A program made the position numbers and the translations under genes. A stretch of DNA of 64,000 bases from Eledone cirrhosa (Eukaryota). The notes beneath the pieces were generated by a model. It was not told the DNA's origin and did not search any database. It worked only from the letters and a program-made list of their open reading frames with translations. The stretch spans positions 1-64,000 of the forward strand of contig CAXHJY010001326.1 of the NCBI GenBank assembly GCA_964016885.1, written 5' to 3'. Numbering within the stretch: the stretch's first letter is position 1; each line of letters begins with the position of its first letter. Positions 52,990-64,000 of the stretch are shown here, in pieces.

Positions 52990-53178
52990 TAATAATAATA
53001 ATTGTTTCTACTTTAGGCACAAGGCCAGCAATTACCCAGTGCATTACTGGTACTTTATTTTATCGACCCCGTAAGGCTGAAAGGCAAAGTCAACCTCGGC
53101 GGGATTTGAACTCAGATCGCAAAGGGACATAACTATGCTGGAAAGCATGGCGTCCGACCCTCTACCGATACTGCCAAA
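52105..53178 (-). mobile_element. Array of four Meta-like SINEs
   Basis: Units at about 52120, 52480, 52735 and 52998 with (AAT)n spacers. Confidence 0.85.
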
Positions 53179-53758
53179 ATAATAATAATGATAAATTTTA
53201 AAGATGAAAGGATATATTGCAATAATCCTGAATTTATTCTTTATTTACTGTTTTCCACACCAAATGAACCTACAGTATCGTTAAGACTCTAATATTATAA
53301 AATAATAAAGGTTGTTTACTTACTCATGCGATAGTAATGAAGACAAAGTACATTGTTCAAGAAACAATCAATAATGATAATAATAGTATCGATATTAATA
53401 ATATATAGTATATCAGTTTTCATCTGGGTTAAGGGATACATTTTGGTCTTTGTGAATGTGGTTTTCCCCAATTAGAAGCAAATATTTGAAGATGTTGGTC
53501 TATGTTTCTTGAAAATTGTCTTGTGTAAATATTTTTGAGAGAAACATACTGCTTTATATATATATATATTATTCTTATTATATGATAAATTATTTTTGTT
53601 GTTATTAATATCAACAACAATAATATTTTATTGTTGCTGTTGTTTGTATTATCATCATTATTATTATTATATCTAAACTGTTGAAGCATCTCAACAAATA
53701 AGCAAATATTGTTTTCCATTTCCTAAGAGGAGTAAATAGAAATGATTATATAGTGTGT

Positions 53759-53803
<45 letters not shown>

Positions 53804-55359
53804 TATATATACACACACATATATACATAAAAACATACATACATACAATTACTTATTCATACAAAAAGGAAGACTGATAAAGAGCTAGAGACACACAGAC
53901 AGGTACTTAGATATAATATACCAAAAGACAAAGTAGATGTGACAAGATGACAGACAGTCACCTAAACAGACCTATTGATAGGAAGTAAACAGATAATAAC
54001 TGTCTTTCTCTCCACCATCTCACTCTCTATTTCTCCATGTGATAATTCATTTTTCCTAATTTGTTCCTCACACCTGTTTCCAATCTCTCTCTCTCTCTCA
54101 TACATACACACACACACATTGTGCAATCTTCATATTAAAATAATTCTCAGTTCAAATGTTTCCTAACATGGCAAAATTTTCTATTTTGTCCTAACACCTA
54201 TATTTTCCCTCACCAACATTTCTCCTTCAACATTTTTAGCCATGTTTTTGGGGGGGCGGTCTTCCCCATTCTCCAACTCCCTCCACATTCCTTTCCATCA
54301 CAAAATACTGGGTTACCAGGTTCAAAGCATTAATTTTAATATATTTTCATTAACTCTCTTAATTCATTTCAGATTAATTTATCTTTGGTCTCTTAATTTT
54401 CATTTTTATCTTAAGACCTACATTTTTGCCCATCAGATATGATCCAATTTAAATATTAGATATTCCTTTCCATATCTGTATGACACTATATCTTTCAGCA
54501 GTAAGTAGTGGTGCTAGAGAACCAGAGTGACTGTGTGTGAATAGCCTCGAAGTTAAAAATGTCAATATATAAGATCTGTTGTAATAATTGTCAAATGCTG
54601 ACCAAGCCATTTATGCTGTGTGTATTTGAGAGAGGCCATCAGATCAAATGGTTTTGTATAAATCAACTGAAATAAATTTGCTTAGATCTTTAGATCTTTT
54701 ATTCGACCACTTCTCTTTTAAAGCTACGCCAAAGAGTAATTGTTGATAATAGATTTTTGTCTCTTTTTTCTTTCTATTTCAATGAAAGAGAGGAAAAATC
54801 AATTTATTGTTGAAGCAGCATATTCTGGGCATCCTTTCTTTTATTATACACAATTTTATGCATATAATGTATAGCTTATAGGAGACATTTTCTTGGCTCC
54901 ATATGACAGGCAAAAGTATTTGTAACAAATATATCTTTTGGAGGTATCAAAAGAATGTATCAAAGCCTTATATATGACTGTCAATTGGCCTGAAATATTA
55001 AACATTGATTCAGTTTGACTTCAATCTCCACCTTCCAATCCCCCCAAAGAAATAAATAGAACAAAAATAGGTGAGAAAGAAGGAAAAAGCAGATGGATGC
55101 AAAATAAAATGATTATAACCAATAGTGCCGTTATATTCTGACCTGCAAGTGTCTTTGTTCAACCTAGTTGGTGATTACTGTCAAGTGGGGTGACAGCTCC
55201 CTCTTCAGGGAGAAACTTTCACAAACTGAAATATATTAGTATTCTTTTCTGCATCCACTCCCAACCCAGATATCAAGAAGTACAACTTACTGTTCAAGTT
55301 AATATGGTTTCAAACTACTGACTCACTACTGTTTCATTATTATTATTATATTCAACGCA

Positions 55360-55745
55360 GTGAAGAGCGGTGGATTGGCAGTATCGGTAGAGGGTCGGAC
55401 ACCATGCGTTGAAGCATAGAGTTACCTCCCTTTACGATCTGAGTTCAAATCCTGCCGAGGTTAACTTTGCCTTTCATTCTTACAGGGTCGATAAAATAAA
55501 GTACCAGTAATACACTGGGATAATTGCTGGCCTTGTGCCAAAAATAGAAACAATTATTATGTTCAACGCAAAGGGTCATAACTCTGTGCTTTGTAACACA
55601 GAGTTATAGCCCTTTATGATCTGAGTTCAAATCCCGCTGAGGTTAACTTTGCCTTTCATCCATACGGGGTCGATAAAATAAAGTACCAGTAATGCACTGG
55701 GATAATTGCTGGCCTTGTGCCAAAAGTAGAAACAATTATTATGTT
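55360..55745 (+). mobile_element. Tandem pair of Meta-like SINEs
   Basis: Flank attattat(a/g)ttcaa occurs three times. Confidence 0.9.
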
Positions 55746-57052
55746 CAATGAGTTGTGTAATGCCAATAGTCTAAGATTCTTTCAAATAAGTTCTTGTTTT
55801 TTAGCCCCAGATCGTATTAGAGTGCCAGACTTTATTTCAGCTTTTATTACATTCGAAAATCTACAGGGGGTAACACTGCTTTTTTTTCCTTATGGGATGG
55901 AGAAATAACGCAATAGTTTAGGGCATTAAATTGGTAAATTACCAGAACATCAGTTGAAATGCCTCGCAGTATTTTTCTGACTTTTTGTGCTCTGAGTTCG
56001 AAATCTCACTGTGGTCTATATAGGTGACAGTCTTAACATTCTTGATATTAACCTTGTCAAAATATGCTTTAGTTCTATGAAACAAAGTCACCCATATTAA
56101 AATATTCCAACATAAATTTATACCAGGGGTGCATGCTATGTTACAATGTTAGTAAAGAAATATGTTAACAGTTTAGTAAATCCATCAAGATTCTTCATTA
56201 ATTAATTATGAAATAGTGTATTTATTTAGAAATAAAGTTATGAAAGGGTCAATCTACTACCTAGTTTAACACCCCTTCTTGGCTCTTGTATACTTTTAGT
56301 GGCATCTAATATGTTGCAAGCATACACGCCTGGTCACTGAATTGAAGACACCTTCATCCAAATCTCCCACCAGTTTCAGAGTTACTGAAAAGTGTCATTA
56401 AAGGATACAAAACAAAGTCTGTCCTGATTGAGCAAACTTATCAAAGATATTTTTCTAGCTATGATCATCCCAGCTTTTTATCCAGCATGTCCTTTTCTAA
56501 TTTAAGATGGTGATTGTCTGAGAGAATTTTGGTTGCTATTTCTAACAGGTATAACAAACCTGTATAGGCACGTTTTTAATATTGATGGTAATAAGAGTAT
56601 CTAGGTCTACATTGTCCAATGCATCCTTTCCTTTTTTAAGACAGTAGTTTGTGATTGAGAGAGATTTGGCTGTTATTTTTCGCTGGTCTAATGATTATGT
56701 AAAATCTGTAACTAGATGCTATCCTTAAGTACAGCTCTTACTGATGGTAGTAACTTATCATTGGATAAATATAAGTTTTATTGACATTTATATATTAATA
56801 TAACTTGCTTATCGTTCAGTTAAAGCTTCAACTGTGTGGACATGTTTTAGGGTTCAAACCTTACTGTTGCATTGCAGTCATCATGTCATCATAATATTGT
56901 GCTGCTCGCTATAGTGTTTCTATCTATCTCACACATTCCATGTGTATATTTGAGGGTGAGTATGAGAGAAAACTATAGAAAAGGTCTGTGTTCACCTGCT
57001 GAGGCCCTAAACTATATGAAATTTGAGGCCCTCCTCTAAAAAAATATCATTA

Positions 57053-57245
57053 CAGGGCGGTGGATTGGCAGTATCAGTAGAGGGTTGGACGCCATGCTTT
57101 CCAGCATAGTTACGTCCCTTTACGATCTGAGTTCAAATCCCGCCGAGGTTGACTTTGCCTTTCATCGTTACGGGGTCGATAAAATAAAGTACCAGTACTG
57201 CACTGGGATAATTGTTGGCCTTGTGCCAAAACTAGAAACAATAAT
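57053..57245 (+). mobile_element. Meta-like SINE
   Basis: Consensus match. Confidence 0.9.
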
Positions 57246-58115
57246 TTTTTATATTAATGTTAATGATAAAGTATAAATAATATATATAATTGTTCATGAT
57301 TTAGTGTTAAAGAATAAAATCAAATGATAGAATAAAAATATAATTAAAAAAATGAGACCTCCAAGGGTGAGTAGCCTTAAGCTATAACTTATTTAGCTTA
57401 TAGGTAAGTCTGGTACTGTGTGTACATGTGAATGGGAAAACACATCTGTGGATCTACTACATGCAATTCTAAATACGAATAAAGACATACATATAGATAT
57501 TACTATGTGTGCGTCTGAGTGTGTGTTTAATATTACAATGTATGGGTGTGTGAGTGCATCTGTTGAGTCTGAAAACTAGTATAATTTATGTGTAGATACT
57601 ACTCTGTGTGTGTGTGTGTGTGTGTGTGGTTGTGCATGCATGTGTATAAAGGAATGAATTTATCAGTCAAACAAAGACAATAATTACGAATGATATATTT
57701 GTTTTCTGAGATTACACGTATCTCTTTATGTATCTGTGTATGTATGTGTGTGTGTGTGTGTGTGTTTATGTGTGTGTGTGTGTGTGTTTGTATGTATTTA
57801 TATGTGTGTGATTATGTGTATGCAATATTAGAAACTTATACATATATCATTAATAAAACAATTTGCTGAATGTGATAATCTAATTTGGTATATGAACATT
57901 TCATTAGTTTGTTAAACTATCTAAAACTATCTATATGGCATTGCTCCAGATGCTGGAGAAGGATATGGATAAGGATGCAGAAGATTAATGAGTGGGGTGA
58001 AAGAAAAAAAATAATGGGCCCAGCAATATGATGCAGATTAATAAGATAGAGAAAGAGTGATGGTGGTAGTGGTGGTGGTATAGGAGTGAGAATGAGTTAA
58101 AAGACTGTCTGAAAG

Positions 58116-58182
<67 letters not shown>

Positions 58183-58497
58183 ACAAAGAACAAGAGGGAA
58201 AATGAAACAGAAAGGAATGAGATTAAAAATCAAGTGATAGGGAAGGCCAATGAAAGAGAGGAAAAGGAAGTCATGGCCATGTGGTTAAGTAGTTCATTTG
58301 ATAATTACATTTAAGAGAAATAGATAGAAGAAATAACATAAGACAGCTCAGCTGTCTAGCACTCTATCGATTCTGGAGTCCATTGTCCTACACTGGTACT
58401 TCATTTATTGACCCTGAAAAGGTGAAGGGCCAAATAGCCAAATTGACCTTAACAGAACTTGAACTCAGAATGGGATGTCCCAAAATACATACCACAA

Positions 58498-58652
58498 ACA
58501 GGGCTGGATTGGGCACTAAGTAAAATAAGCACATGTCCAGGGCAGTATTTGTCATTAAAAAAAAAAACCTTTTGCAGATCTTATATATTTGGGGGCGAGG
58601 AGTACCATAATCATATAAGTGCTTAGGGCCTCAAAAGGAATTAATCTAATCA
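58498..58652. mobile_element. Possible hAT-type MITE relic
   Basis: cagggctggatt..taagcac left end; gtgcttagggcc..ttaatc right end. Confidence 0.35.
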
Positions 58653-58839
58653 CATTTCAATCCGTGATTTTACCCTTCTAATAGCAAAGTATCTTTGGTA
58701 CTATGATACGATAGCAAAGTGTCCTTGGTACTATGATACGAAACTCTCTATTTCAGAGTGTTTATATCTATCTAAAACGTTTCCATCATTATTTTACATA
58801 AGAACCTTTATCAAGCTAAGTTCTATGAACTAGCTTAAT

Positions 58840-59050
58840 AATAGTTTCTGATTTAGGCACAAGGCCAACAACTTGGGGGAGGGGAAAGTCAATTAAATCG
58901 ACTTCAGTGTCTTACAGGTACTTTATTTTATCAACTCCATAAGGATGAAAGGCAAAGCTAGCCTAGGCAGGATTTGAACTCAGAACATAAAGTACTCTAA
59001 CTATATGCCACAAAGTCTGTTGCCTGATACTTTACTGATACTGCCAATAA
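58840..59050 (-). mobile_element. Diverged Meta-like SINE
   Basis: Consensus match. Confidence 0.8.
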
Positions 59051-60147
59051 TGTGAAAGTTATGTATATTACTAAATTATTCTAAATTCATTATTTTCAAA
59101 ATGATTTTTAAAATTATTGGCAGTGTCTTCCATGAGAAATATAGTAATGAAAGTATTAATGCTTCTGACAATTTGTTGACTACAAAAACAATCATAAATG
59201 TTATTAATTCCTACAGTGGTTTATTACTATAGCCCTAGGCTGACAAATGCCTGGAGTGAATTTAGTAGATAGAAACTCTATGGAATCAATCAGGCCTTAT
59301 ATGCAAAGTTGAGCTGCATGTTTTAATAACATTAGTTGTTTACTAATAATTACCCCCCCCCCCCCCAAAAAAAATCCCAAACCAAATTACTTCTTAATAT
59401 TTCCAGTTGAAATCAGAGTGATTGAGGGGTTGTTGTTATGCATGTGGGTCTTATATACTATCAAAAGCAGTACATTAAACAACTTATTTGTAGCAACTTC
59501 ATCATAAACAACAACAGAGGTTACAGAGAAATGCCTTGACCACAGACATATAACAACATAGGTAACAAGTTATAAAACATTTACCCTCCACCAAGATTAC
59601 TAGGTCATTTGCTTTGCTGCAATAATCACCTTACAACTAGACAATCACTTGTAAATTGAATGCTAATAATACGCAAATAGAATCAACAATCGTTTTTTTT
59701 TTATATATAATTTTTCTTCATAATTTACTTTTTGTTCTGATTTATTTCAGTTTCCAATTATGCCAAAAAACAAAAAGAGGATTTCTAAAGAAAAAAGAAA
59801 AAGAGAAAAGAAAAAAGAGTAAAATAATCGAAAAACAAATAGAATTATATCTGTGAAGATATTAATTTTAGATAAGGTATATATTCATTTTTCTCCAGTT
59901 TTAAAAGTTATTTCTAAAGTTATATGATGATATTGTGACTAGCCAAGAAAGATTATCCAGCACACTCTATCACTCCTCCTCCTCCTCTTCCTCCCATACC
60001 AAAGTACCTTGATGCAATAAAGTTTCTTCTAGAATCGATAACAATTTATTTTGAGTAATCAAATGTGTCATGTTACACATTGGTGTCTGATGACGACAAC
60101 CTCATAAATATATTTACCAACAGGGAAATTAATTGTGCTACTAAATA

Positions 60148-60179
<32 letters not shown>

Positions 60180-60232
60180 GTATATAGACATATATAGACA
60201 TATATATACACACACACACATATATATATATA

Positions 60233-60558
60233 CATCATCATCATCATCATTTCATTTCACATCCGCTTTTTCCCTGCTTGCAAGGGTGGGACGGGAACTG
60301 ATTATGGCTTGATTTCTACAGCTGGATGCCCTTCCTAACACCAACCTCATTTACAGTGAGTGCTGGGTGCTTTTTTGCCGTGGCACCTCCACGACCAGTT
60401 TGCAGTGGAATGATATGGACCCCAGTCTCTATCATCTCATTTCTACAGCTGAGTAAACTGGAGCAATGTGAAATAAAGTGTCTTGCTCAAGGAAACAACA
60501 CATCACCCGGTCTGAGAATTGAACTCACAAACTTTCGATTGCAAGGCCAATACTTTAA

Positions 60559-60562
<4 letters not shown>
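60233..60562 (-). mobile_element. CORE/RTE-bipartite SINE
   Basis: Near-identical to 35514; head clipped by (TA)n. Confidence 0.9.
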
Positions 60563-60617
<55 letters not shown>

Positions 60618-60637
60618 TATATATATATATATATATA

Positions 60638-61490
60638 TAGGTACCTACGTAAAAACACTTATTAGCAAGACATACCCATTCCAAAGACCCTCATGTATAG
60701 ATAAGAAATGTATAACCTGTAAAATAAGCCCCCATATTAACTGTAAAACTAGAAATGTAGTGTATAGCATAAGATGTACTGAAGGACAATGTAGAAACAA
60801 AAATATAGTGTACATAGGTGAGACAGCTCGTAGTATAGGGGAACGGATAAATGAACACTGGCGAGACCTTTAAGATAATAAAGAATCATCTGTACTCTAC
60901 CAACATGCTAAGATAGAACACAAGGGTAAATTAGAGAACATAGAAATAAAAATAGAATCCACACACAGAAAAGATGCAATGTTTAGGCAAATTACAGAGG
61001 CAGTAAGCATAAAAGAATTACAACCAAAATTAAATATAAAATATGAGTGGAACAGCAACATCACAACTTACAATTAAGGACAAAATGAAAACACACACAC
61101 ATAGAACAAACAACCAACCAACAACATGTAAATAAATAAACAAATAGATAAATGAACACAAACATACACAGACACCCGGATGTGGCGCATGCGCAAACTG
61201 AGCACACAACACACACACAGAAACAAAATGGCGTAGGACAGAAGAAAGGAAAGGCACAGAAACAAAGAAAGGAATCCCCAGTCACTGAAGAGGTCACAGA
61301 GTGTGTGACGAAAGGACTATGACTATATATAAACAACTATCTGGTTGTGGAACCAACCAACCAACCAGAAATTTATAAGTTTGTAGATTTGTAAATTTAT
61401 AAATTTATAAATATATAATAAATTGAAGTGAAAGCAACTGGTGCGTGTGTTTCTTATTGGCAACATGACCCTCCCAAAGTATAACAATAT
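60638..61490 (+). mobile_element. 5'-truncated Penelope-like element: C-terminal GIY-YIG endonuclease (60638-61077, one stop) plus 3' region, in (TA)n
   Basis: Manual translation: CIDKKCITC...CKTRNVVYSIRC...VYIGETARSIGERINEH...LYQHAKIEH...RQITEAVSI...LNIKYEWN. Absent from the ORF track. Confidence 0.9.
61280..61324 (+). ncRNA. Minimal type I hammerhead ribozyme of the Penelope-like element
   Basis: agtca CUGAAGA g gtcaca-gagtg-tgtgac GAAA ggac UA tgact. Confidence 0.75.
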
Positions 61491-61505
61491 ATATATATAT
61501 ATATA

Positions 61506-63771
61506 TTCTGTGACGCAAATAACCTAACTATCTGTAACACTAACTTCAAAAAATGTGACAATCACCTGATCACCTATAGATCCGGGGAACACACAAGCCA
61601 GGTAGATTATATCCTTACCAGAAGACGCGACAGAGTGTCTGTTGTAAACACTAAAATCCCTCCCCCATGAAGAATGCACCTCCCAACATAGACTGATAAT
61701 TAGCGACCTCATAGTCAGGATGAGACGTACTCGACAGCAGAAGAGGACTATCCTCAGGAGAAAAATATGGAAGGTAAAGGACCCCACAGCCAGAAATAAA
61801 TTTCAAAGCATATTAATTGATGCTTTCGACAGTAAGGAAGAGCATTTAGAGTCGGACAATATAGATGGACAGTGGGAATTTCTGAAAGCAAACCTGCTGA
61901 TGGCGACAGACGAAGTCTGTGGCTGGAGCAGGCCTGTAGGCAGGAGGAGAGTAACATGGTGGTGGAACAGTAAGGTGGAGGAGTCAATTAAGGCCAAAAA
62001 GCAGGCTTGGAAAGTATGGCGGGATGGGGGAAGTAGAGAAGACTATCAAGTGGCCAGGAGGGAAGCTAGGAGACAAGTGTACTTCGCAAGAAGGGAAGCA
62101 GAGGAAAGAAAGTTCAAGCATGTTCTACAACGCGAGGACCAAAAACGTGAGGTGTTCAGGATTGCTAGGCAATGCGTCAAGGAAAACCGTGATATTGTCG
62201 GGGAGAAGTGTGTACTTAATGATGACGGCGTACTTGCCATCACCGACGCTGATAAGAAGGTAGCTTGGAAGTGTCACTATGAAAGGCTACTAAATGAGGA
62301 GAATAAATGGGAGAAAGACAGTCTCCCCCACATCGACCCAATAGAGGGACCAGCAGTGTTAGTCGAGGGGAGTATAATAAGTAAGGCAATCAAGGATATG
62401 AAGACGGGTAAGGCGGCTGGGCCTTCGGAAATAGTTGCTGAGATGCTGAAGGCATCTGGCACGGTGGGACACACCATGGTCACCCTCATAGTTAACCAAG
62501 TCGTACAGAATGGGGTTGTTCCGAAGGACTGGTATAGCAGCATCATCGTTAACTGTTATAAGGGTAAAGGAGTCCCCCGCTCCATTATCTGGTGGGCTCT
62601 TAGAAAACTAGGGGTTGACGAATGGCTTGTGAGAGCTATACAAGCCATGTATAAAGAAACAGTCAGCAAGGTTAGAATTAACAACGAATATAGTGAAGAG
62701 TTTAGCGTAAAAGTTGGCGTCCATCAGGGCTCTATTCTCAGCCCCCTACTATTTATTATTGCCCTTCAGGCTATAACAGAGGAGTTGAAGACCGGCTGCC
62801 CATGGGAACTCCTATACGCAGATGACCAGACACTCATAGCTGAATCAATGGCCGAGCTAGAGAAGAAATTCCAAACATGGAAGCATGGCCTAGAATCAAA
62901 AGGACTTAAAATTAACCTGGTTAAGACTAAAGTTCTAGTTTGTAGGAAAGAAAATAAGGCGGCGGTCCCTTCTGGGAAATAGTCATGCTCAGTGTGTAGG
63001 AAAGGCGTAGGTAGAAACTCCATTTTATGTCCCAAATGCAAAGTATGGGTGCATAAAAGATGTAGTGGGATCACAGGTAAGCTAACTAAGAACATAGATT
63101 TTACATGTGGCCGGTGCTCTGGTGCAATAAGTAGCAGCAAGTGCCCACAAAATACTAGCTCTTTCAATTGCGCAGAGGGTTCTATAGAAATAGTGGACAG
63201 CTTCCGTTACCTGGGCGATAAAATCAGCAGTGGGGGAGGGTGCTCTGAAAGTACAGTAGCTAGAGTCAGAACTGGTTGGAAAAAGTTCAGAGAGCTTATA
63301 CCACTATTAGCTGCTAAAGGGTTCTCCCTAAAAATGAAAGGCAGGTTGTATGATGCCTGCATACGAACAGCAACGTTGCATGGCAGTGAGACCTGGGCAC
63401 TGTGTGCAGAGGATATATGCAGACTAGAGAGGAACGAAGCTTGCATGCTCCGCTGGATGTGTAACAGTAATATACGTGAACGGCAAAGCATAAACGAACT
63501 AAGGAAAAAATTAGAAATAAGAGGGATCAGATGTTGTTTACTCGAGAGAAGGCTACGTTGGTATGGACACGTGATGCGCATGAAAGTCGATAGCTGTATA
63601 ACAAAGTGCAGGGCAATAAAGATAGACGGTAGCCACGGAATAGGTAGACCTAGAAAAACCTGGGACGAGCTGATAAACTCCGACCTCACACACTTACACC
63701 TCTCCAAGACAATATCACTGGACCGAGACCTTTGGCGGTACTCAGTAACAGAGAAGACCCGCCTTACCTAA
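61506..63771 (+). mobile_element. RTE LINE (second family): partial APE, RT with internal deletion, PHD-like finger
   Basis: NTNFKK..HLITYRSG..QVDYIL, QHRL, GKAAGPSEI, GVHQGSILSP, YADD, RRLRWYGHVMR, GRPRKTW; stop at 62980. Confidence 0.95.
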
Positions 63772-64000
63772 ATACATAGTAAAACCTACTACAGCCAGTA
63801 GGCATCTCTAACAAAATACACCCCGTCCCACCTCCCCTACCCCATCGACACCACCCCGTTCTATGTAAAGTTATGTTGGTACCGCGCCATCCAGGCCGAA
63901 ACAAATGAGATCGTGTAGGTGTCACGACAAAAAAACACACAGTCCACGCTGTAATGTGGCCGTGTAGGCAACACGGTAAAAACCTCCCAGACCCACACTG

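Noticed and set aside
53429-53719. 96-aa ORF behind a good splice acceptor
   Set aside because: Runs through microsatellites with no recognisable domain; kept only as a possible alternative acceptor.
60080-60120. CTGATGA near TA repeats
   Set aside because: GAAA is absent and the stems are weak.

Overview
AT-rich, microsatellite-dense animal genomic DNA. Its SINE and LINE content points to a coleoid cephalopod, probably Octopus (inference). The window looks intronic or intergenic: no intact cellular CDS is visible, and almost all ORFs in the track are microsatellite or antisense artefacts. Recognisable content: Tx1/L1-clade LINE fragments (x4), RTE LINE remnants with a PHD-like zinc finger inside the RT, Vingi-, CRE- and RTE-X-like remnants, two mariner relics, TTAA-bounded MITEs, a Penelope-like GIY-YIG remnant, and two abundant tRNA-derived SINE groups. 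Three weak minus-strand exon candidates may be the 3' end of a host gene. Highlights: (1) about ten hammerhead-ribozyme folds in Penelope-type mini-elements and palindromes, including a family with a compensatory U3-A8 core (UUGAAAA instead of CUGANGA); (2) a Tx1 LINE and SINE that share a 3' tail and apparently insert into (ATT)n tails, building tandem arrays; (3) a CORE-SINE carrying both ends of the RTE found in this window, with a covarying pseudoknot. All calls were made by eye and repeat boundaries are approximate.
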